Position numbers and translations under genes: made by a program
Notes under the pieces: generated by a model
Database searches by the model: none
What the model was told of the DNA's origin: nothing
Seen by the model: the letters and a program-made list of their open reading frames with translations, nothing else
Assembly (NCBI GenBank): GCA_023259065.1
Contig: JAHFQY010000003.1
Coordinates: forward strand, 34,043 to 98,042
Reading direction: 5' to 3'
Length of the DNA stretch: 64,000 nucleotides
From: Nitrosomonadales bacterium
Lineage (GTDB): Bacteria > Pseudomonadota > Gammaproteobacteria > Burkholderiales > Gallionellaceae
Part shown: positions 59,206-64,000 of the stretch, piece after piece
Layout of the letters: each line of letters starts with the position of its first letter
How positions within the stretch are numbered: position 1 is the first letter of the stretch

Positions 59206-59859
59206 ATGAACAACAGGGAACAAGCTCGATTCAATATGGTTGAACAACAAATCCGGCCGTGGGGTGTGCTGGATATGGGTGTGCTGGACCTGCTGCCCCT
59301 GGTCAGGCGCGAACAGTTCGTGCCGCAAGGCATGGAGGCGCTAGCATTCATGGAGATCGAAATACCGCTGGGGCACGGGGTGGCTATGTGGCAACCCAAG
59401 ATGGAGGCGCGCGTGTTGCAGGAATTGCACATTCAGCCTGCGGACAAGGTGCTGGAGGTCGGTTCGGGCAGCGGCTACCTGGCAGCCTTAATGTCGCATC
59501 TGGCAGCCCATGTTACCAGTGTCGAAATCGTGCCGGAGCTGAGCGAATACGCCGCGCGCAAGCTGACTTCGCAGAATATCGAAAACGTATCCGTGGTTGT
59601 GGGCGATGCGGCCAACGGCTGGGGCACAGAACAATACGATGTGATCGTACTGACCGGCTCGGTGCCCATGGAGCCGGAAGCCTTGCTGAAGAATCTGCGT
59701 GTCGGTGGGCGTATGTTTGCTGTGGTGGGCAACGCCCCGGCCATGCAGGCCAGATTGATTACACGCACGGGGCCGGAAACATTTCAGCGCGTGACCTTGT
59801 TCGAGACAAACATGATGCCGCTCAAAAATGCACCGCAACTGGAACGATTTGTATTCTGA
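59206..59859 (+). CDS. pcm: protein-L-isoaspartate O-methyltransferase family protein
   Basis: 217 aa. SAM motif VLEVGSGSGY and QIRPWGVLD. Start at the ATG at 59206. Confidence 0.75.
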   Translation: MNNREQARFNMVEQQIRPWGVLDMGVLDLLPLVRREQFVPQGMEALAFMEIEIPLGHGVAMWQPKMEARVLQELHIQPADKVLEVGSGSGYLAALMSHLAAHVTSVEIVPELSEYAARKLTSQNIENVSVVVGDAANGWGTEQYDVIVLTGSVPMEPEALLKNLRVGGRMFAVVGNAPAMQARLITRTGPETFQRVTLFETNMMPLKNAPQLERFVF

Positions 59860-59973
59860 TCGATCGAATTGCCCTATTCAACGCGTCATGCATGATGCGC
59901 ACACTTTTAAGGATTGCTTGAAAAACGCGCAGCATCTGTATAGTATTAGCAAATTCTAATATTCAGGCCGACC

Positions 59974-61314
59974 ATGAAAAAATCCAAGCTATTTTTAGTT
60001 GTGTTATCCACTTTGGGCTTCAGTATACCGGTATCAGCGGCTGACCTGCTGGAGACCTACTATGCAGCACAGGGCCAGGATTCCGTATTTGCCGGAGCGC
60101 GTGCATCGCATCAGGCGGGGCAGGAAAAGCTCACGCAGGGGCGTTCGTTAATGCTGCCCAGTGTGAACCTTACAGCAAACAGCACATACAACAACAACGA
60201 GACTCAATATAACCCCGTTGTGCCATTTCCATATTCAGGCACCAGCCGCTTTGTCAATAATGGCGCGGCAGTGACCCTGGTGCAGCCCCTGTTCCGCCAG
60301 AACAACTGGGTTGTATACACCGAATCCGAGCTGCAAGTGGCACAGGCTGATGCGCAATTCAAGAATGCAGAGCAGGATTTGATCCTGCGTGTCGCGCAGG
60401 CCTACTTCGATGTACTGACGGCGCAGGATGGCGTGAATCTGACCGCTGCGCAAAAAACCGCCATTTCCGAGCAACTGGCGCAGGCCAAGCGCAATTTCGA
60501 GGTGGGCAGTTCCACGATTACGGATACTCACGAAGCACAGGCGCGCTACGACTTGATTCTTTCCCAGGAAATTGCGGCGCAGAGTAATCTGGAAATCAAG
60601 CAGCGCACACTGCAACAATTGACTAATGCGGTGACCCAGCTGCAGCCTCTGGGCCAGGGGTTCAAGCTGGAAGCACCGCAGCCTGCTGACGTGGATAAAT
60701 GGGTGGAACAGGCGCAGCAGGGTAATCCGCAATTGGCTGTGGCGCAGGCCAATGCCGAGATAGCCGAGAAAGAAGTGGCGCGCAATCGTGGCGGCCACTA
60801 CCCCACGCTGGATCTGGTAGCCAGTTATGGCAAAAACAAGATCAGCCCTGTGGGTGAAGATCCCAATCTTGCGCTGAATTCGGAATCAACCAATGCATCA
60901 GTGGGAGTGCAGTTGAATATCCCACTGTTTCAGGGTGGGGCAACGCAATCCAGATGGCGCGAGGCCGAAGCCAATCGCGACCGTGCCAAACAAGAACTGG
61001 AAAGTGCGCGTCGCAATGTAGACCTGCAAACACGGCAGGCATACGTTGGCGTGGTAAACGGCATTGCCCAGGTGAACGCACTGCAGCAGGCATTGAAATC
61101 CAGCGAAAGCCTGCTCGAAGCCAGCAAGCTGGGGCAGGAAGTGGGCGTGCGCACCAACCTGGATGTGCTCAATGCACAGCAGCAACTATTTTCCACCAGG
61201 CGTGATTTGTTTCAGGCGCAATACAATTATCTGATCAGCCGTCTGCGCCTCAGGGCAGCCGCCGGAACATTGGCGGAAGACGAATTAACCCAGGTCAATC
61301 AGGCTCTGCATTAA
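59974..61314 (+). CDS. tolC: TolC family outer membrane channel
   Basis: 446 aa with a signal peptide. Duplicated OMF repeat with typical A.A......A......LP motifs. Confidence 0.85.
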   Translation: MKKSKLFLVVLSTLGFSIPVSAADLLETYYAAQGQDSVFAGARASHQAGQEKLTQGRSLMLPSVNLTANSTYNNNETQYNPVVPFPYSGTSRFVNNGAAVTLVQPLFRQNNWVVYTESELQVAQADAQFKNAEQDLILRVAQAYFDVLTAQDGVNLTAAQKTAISEQLAQAKRNFEVGSSTITDTHEAQARYDLILSQEIAAQSNLEIKQRTLQQLTNAVTQLQPLGQGFKLEAPQPADVDKWVEQAQQGNPQLAVAQANAEIAEKEVARNRGGHYPTLDLVASYGKNKISPVGEDPNLALNSESTNASVGVQLNIPLFQGGATQSRWREAEANRDRAKQELESARRNVDLQTRQAYVGVVNGIAQVNALQQALKSSESLLEASKLGQEVGVRTNLDVLNAQQQLFSTRRDLFQAQYNYLISRLRLRAAAGTLAEDELTQVNQALH

Positions 61315-61350
61315 ATTGGGCAATAGCGCACAGAGAATGTGCGCTTTACC

Positions 61351-62241
61351 TCAAAGATTGTTTTTTTCCTGCAGGCACAAGCGCAAATTTTCACGCCAGT
61401 CCCCGGCGCTCAATCCAAACGTACGCAGCAATTTGTCGTTAGCCAATACCGAGTTCATCGGGCGTGGGGCAGGCAAGGGATATTCCACTGACGGTATGGC
61501 CAGGAGGTTGGGCATGGGTTGCACTGCAGCCATGCCCAAAATTTCAGCAGCAAAGCCGTGCCACGAGACACTGCCGGACGAGGTCGCGTGGTAGGTGCCG
61601 CTGCCTTGTGCGAGTGCTTCGCTACCTTTGCCGGGCGCATAGAGCTGCGACAAAATCAGCGCAGTAACTTCGGCCAGCGAGCGGCTCCAGGTTGGCGCAC
61701 CAATCTGATCGTCAACTACGCGTAATTCGTTGCGTTCACGCGCCAGACGCAGCATGGTCAGCAAGAAGTTCTTGCCGCGCGTGCCATATACCCAGCTGGT
61801 GCGCAAAATCAGGTGATGACATCCGGCGGCCCGTATTGCCTGTTCACCCGCCAGTTTGGATTTTCCATAAACGCTTAGCGGGTTGGGTATGTCCTCTTCC
61901 ACATAAGCGCCCTGCTTGCGCCCGTCAAAGATGTATTCGGTCGAGTAGTACACCAGCAGTGCGCCAAGCTTGTGTGCTTCTTCAGCCAATATGCCGGGCG
62001 CAATGCCATTGATGGCCATGGCCAGTTCCGGCTCCGATTCGGCCTTGTCCACAGCGGTATGTGCGGCAGGGTTAACGATAATGTCGGGCTTGATTGTTTG
62101 CACTGCCTTGCGAATGGCATCCACCCGGGTGAGATCCAGATCGTCAACATCCAGCGCTATGACCTGCCCCAGTGGCGCCAGGGTGCGTTGCAACTCCCAG
62201 CCTACCTGGCCATGCTTGCCGGTGAGCAGGATTTTCTTCAA
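61351..62241 (-). CDS. rmlD: dTDP-4-dehydrorhamnose reductase
   Basis: 296 aa. MKKILLTGKHGQVG Rossmann motif and STEYIFDG / YGKSK catalytic motifs. Confidence 0.9.
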   Translation of the reverse strand: MKKILLTGKHGQVGWELQRTLAPLGQVIALDVDDLDLTRVDAIRKAVQTIKPDIIVNPAAHTAVDKAESEPELAMAINGIAPGILAEEAHKLGALLVYYSTEYIFDGRKQGAYVEEDIPNPLSVYGKSKLAGEQAIRAAGCHHLILRTSWVYGTRGKNFLLTMLRLARERNELRVVDDQIGAPTWSRSLAEVTALILSQLYAPGKGSEALAQGSGTYHATSSGSVSWHGFAAEILGMAAVQPMPNLLAIPSVEYPLPAPRPMNSVLANDKLLRTFGLSAGDWRENLRLCLQEKNNL

Positions 62242-62795
62242 GCAAACACCTCTGCATCCTTGAAGGCCTTGCCGGCCTGATCCTTGGCTGAGAGCAGCGG
62301 CGTCGCTCCGGCCAGCTGCCAGTCTATCGCGAGGTCAGCATCATTCCAGGCAATGGAGCGTTCATATTCGGGCGCCCAATAATCGGTAGTCTTGTAGAGA
62401 AACTCGGCGTAATCGCTCAGCACAACAAAGCCGTGAGCAAAGCCGGGCGGTATCCACAGCATGCGCTTGTTGTCAGCCGACAGGTTTACCCCCATCCACT
62501 GGCCGAATGTAGGCGAGCTCTTGCGTATATCAACAGCAATATCCCACACCTCACCGGCAACAACGCGCACCAGCTTGCCCTGCGGCTGCTGAATTTGATA
62601 GTGCAGTCCGCGCAGCACATGACGCGCCGAACGCGAGTGATTGTCCTGCACGAAGCTAACGGAAAGGCCGGTGAGCTGCTCAAAGGCCTTCTGGTTATAG
62701 CTCTCGAAAAAGAAACCGCGCGCATCACCAAAAACTTTGGGCTCGATGATCAGCAAATCCGGAATGGTGGTAGGAACAATCTGCATATCAGTCAT
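62238..62795 (-). CDS. rmlC: dTDP-4-dehydrorhamnose 3,5-epimerase
   Basis: 185 aa. FGDARGFFFES, RGLHYQ and PPGFAHGF cupin motifs. Confidence 0.9.
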   Translation of the reverse strand: MTDMQIVPTTIPDLLIIEPKVFGDARGFFFESYNQKAFEQLTGLSVSFVQDNHSRSARHVLRGLHYQIQQPQGKLVRVVAGEVWDIAVDIRKSSPTFGQWMGVNLSADNKRMLWIPPGFAHGFVVLSDYAEFLYKTTDYWAPEYERSIAWNDADLAIDWQLAGATPLLSAKDQAGKAFKDAEVFA

Positions 62796-63661
62796 TAATC
62801 TTTCAGCAGGCCCAGCAAATATTTACCATAGCCGTTCTTGGCCAATGGTTGCGCGAGTTGATTGAGCTGCTCGGCCGAGATGTAGCCCTTGCGGAAGGCG
62901 ATTTCCTCGGGGCAGGCAATCTTAAGCCCCTGACGCTTTTCCAGGGTTTGCACGAAAGAGCCGGCTTCCAGCAGTGATTCATGCGTGCCGGTATCCAGCC
63001 AGGCATAACCACGGCCCATCATTTGCACATCCAGCTTGCCGCGATCAAGGTATATCTGGTTAACCGTGGTGATTTCGAGTTCGCCGCGTGCCGAAGGCTT
63101 GATCGTCTTGGCGATTTCCACGACATCGTTGTCGTAGAAATACAGACCTGTTACAGCGTAATTCGATTTGGGCTTGAGCGGTTTTTCCTCAATGCTGAGC
63201 GCACGACCGGTGGAATCAAAATCAACCACGCCGTAACGCTCGGGATCCTGCACGTGGTAGGCGAACACCGTGCCGCCATCCTTCTTGCTGGCAGCAGCGC
63301 TGAGCAAACTCTCAAAACCGTGGCCGTAGAAAATATTGTCGCCCAGCACCAGCGAGCAAGGGTCGTTGCCGATAAACTTCTCGCCGATGATAAAGGCTTG
63401 CGCCAGACCATCGGGTGAAGGCTGCTCAGCGTAAGAAAAATTCATTCCCCATTTGGCGCCATCGCCCAGCAGGTTGCGGAACAGCGGCAAATCATGCGGC
63501 GTGGAGATAATCAGCACATCACGAATCCCCCCCAGCATCAGCGTGGTCAGCGGATGGTAAACCATGGGCTTGTCATAAATCGGCAACAGCTGCTTGGATA
63601 TGGCCTGGGTAACCGGATACAAGCGTGTGCCGGAGCCGCCGGCCAGAATAATTCCGCGCAT
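62795..63661 (-). CDS. rmlA: glucose-1-phosphate thymidylyltransferase
   Basis: [18 protein letters not shown]...; start set at the ATG at 63661. The 19-aa N-terminal extension in the ORF track is translated low-complexity repeat. Confidence 0.9.
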   Translation of the reverse strand: MRGIILAGGSGTRLYPVTQAISKQLLPIYDKPMVYHPLTTLMLGGIRDVLIISTPHDLPLFRNLLGDGAKWGMNFSYAEQPSPDGLAQAFIIGEKFIGNDPCSLVLGDNIFYGHGFESLLSAAASKKDGGTVFAYHVQDPERYGVVDFDSTGRALSIEEKPLKPKSNYAVTGLYFYDNDVVEIAKTIKPSARGELEITTVNQIYLDRGKLDVQMMGRGYAWLDTGTHESLLEAGSFVQTLEKRQGLKIACPEEIAFRKGYISAEQLNQLAQPLAKNGYGKYLLGLLKD

Positions 63662-63719
63662 GTGCGAGGACTGAGGACTGGGGGCTGAGGGCTGAGTACG
63701 GGGTGCTGAGGATGTCATG

Positions 63720-64000
63720 TTATTTCCTTTGTTTGCTTACTGCAGATCGTAAACCACCAACAAGTCGGGCTACCTCATCACTGAGTAGCGTAGCCTCGTC
63801 AAATTGCGTTGTTGAAATGTAGCCAATATCGAGAGCAAGGTATAGCTGCGAGCGTAGTTCGCCGCAGGATGCTTTTGCGATTACTAAAAACTGATGGAAT
63901 TCAGGTCTGCCGCCACGCTCGAAGCCTTCTGCAATATTTGACATCACTGAAACCGCGGCACGCTGAATTTGATCTTTAAGCCCATAATCCTTGGCGAATC
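63720..64000 (-). CDS. four-helix-bundle protein (23S rRNA intervening-sequence protein family), partial
   Basis: ...[55 protein letters not shown]... is typical of this family. The reading frame stays open to the window end, so the N terminus is missing. Confidence 0.75.
   Translation of the reverse strand, partial: FAKDYGLKDQIQRAAVSVMSNIAEGFERGGRPEFHQFLVIAKASCGELRSQLYLALDIGYISTTQFDEATLLSDEVARLVGGLRSAVSKQRK

Overview
GC-rich (about 58-63 % by spot counts) chromosomal segment with betaproteobacterial-type gene content. Nearly all of it is core: a polyphosphate cluster (two-domain PPK2, sixA, ppk1), yggX, argA, a Cu/Ag-type RND efflux operon (small Met/His/Cys-rich ORF, cusC, cusB, cusA, cusF), a NIT-HAMP-GGDEF-EAL protein, rsmE, trkA-trkH, the pilG-pilH-pilI-pilJ-chpA twitching chemosensory cluster, yqgE-ruvX-pyrB-pyrC', prlC, xthA, glnA-(DUF4124)-ntrB-ntrC with a sigma54 promoter and NtrC sites, a CDF transporter, uppP, thiC with a TPP riboswitch, pcm-tolC and rmlDCA. 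No rRNA, tRNA, CRISPR array, integrase or transposase was seen. The accessory part lies at about 47.8-57.1 kb. First comes a low-GC block (about 42-48 %) with a StbD/StbE-type toxin-antitoxin pair, an acidic small ORF, divergent vsr and an m5C methyltransferase. These are followed by a translationally coupled three-gene operon led by a divergent GHKL (Bergerat-fold) ATPase with no recognisable nuclease. This operon is my best candidate for an undescribed methylation-associated defence system. A 138-bp, 91 % identical copy of the thiC 3' end then separates this block from a 2-kb Bro-N/DinD module that abuts the intact thiC, a footprint of site-specific insertion into the thiC 3' end. Other oddities are a 77-bp nested palindrome read in frame inside cusA, and a Lys/Ala-rich RHH-like protein within the polyP gene cluster.
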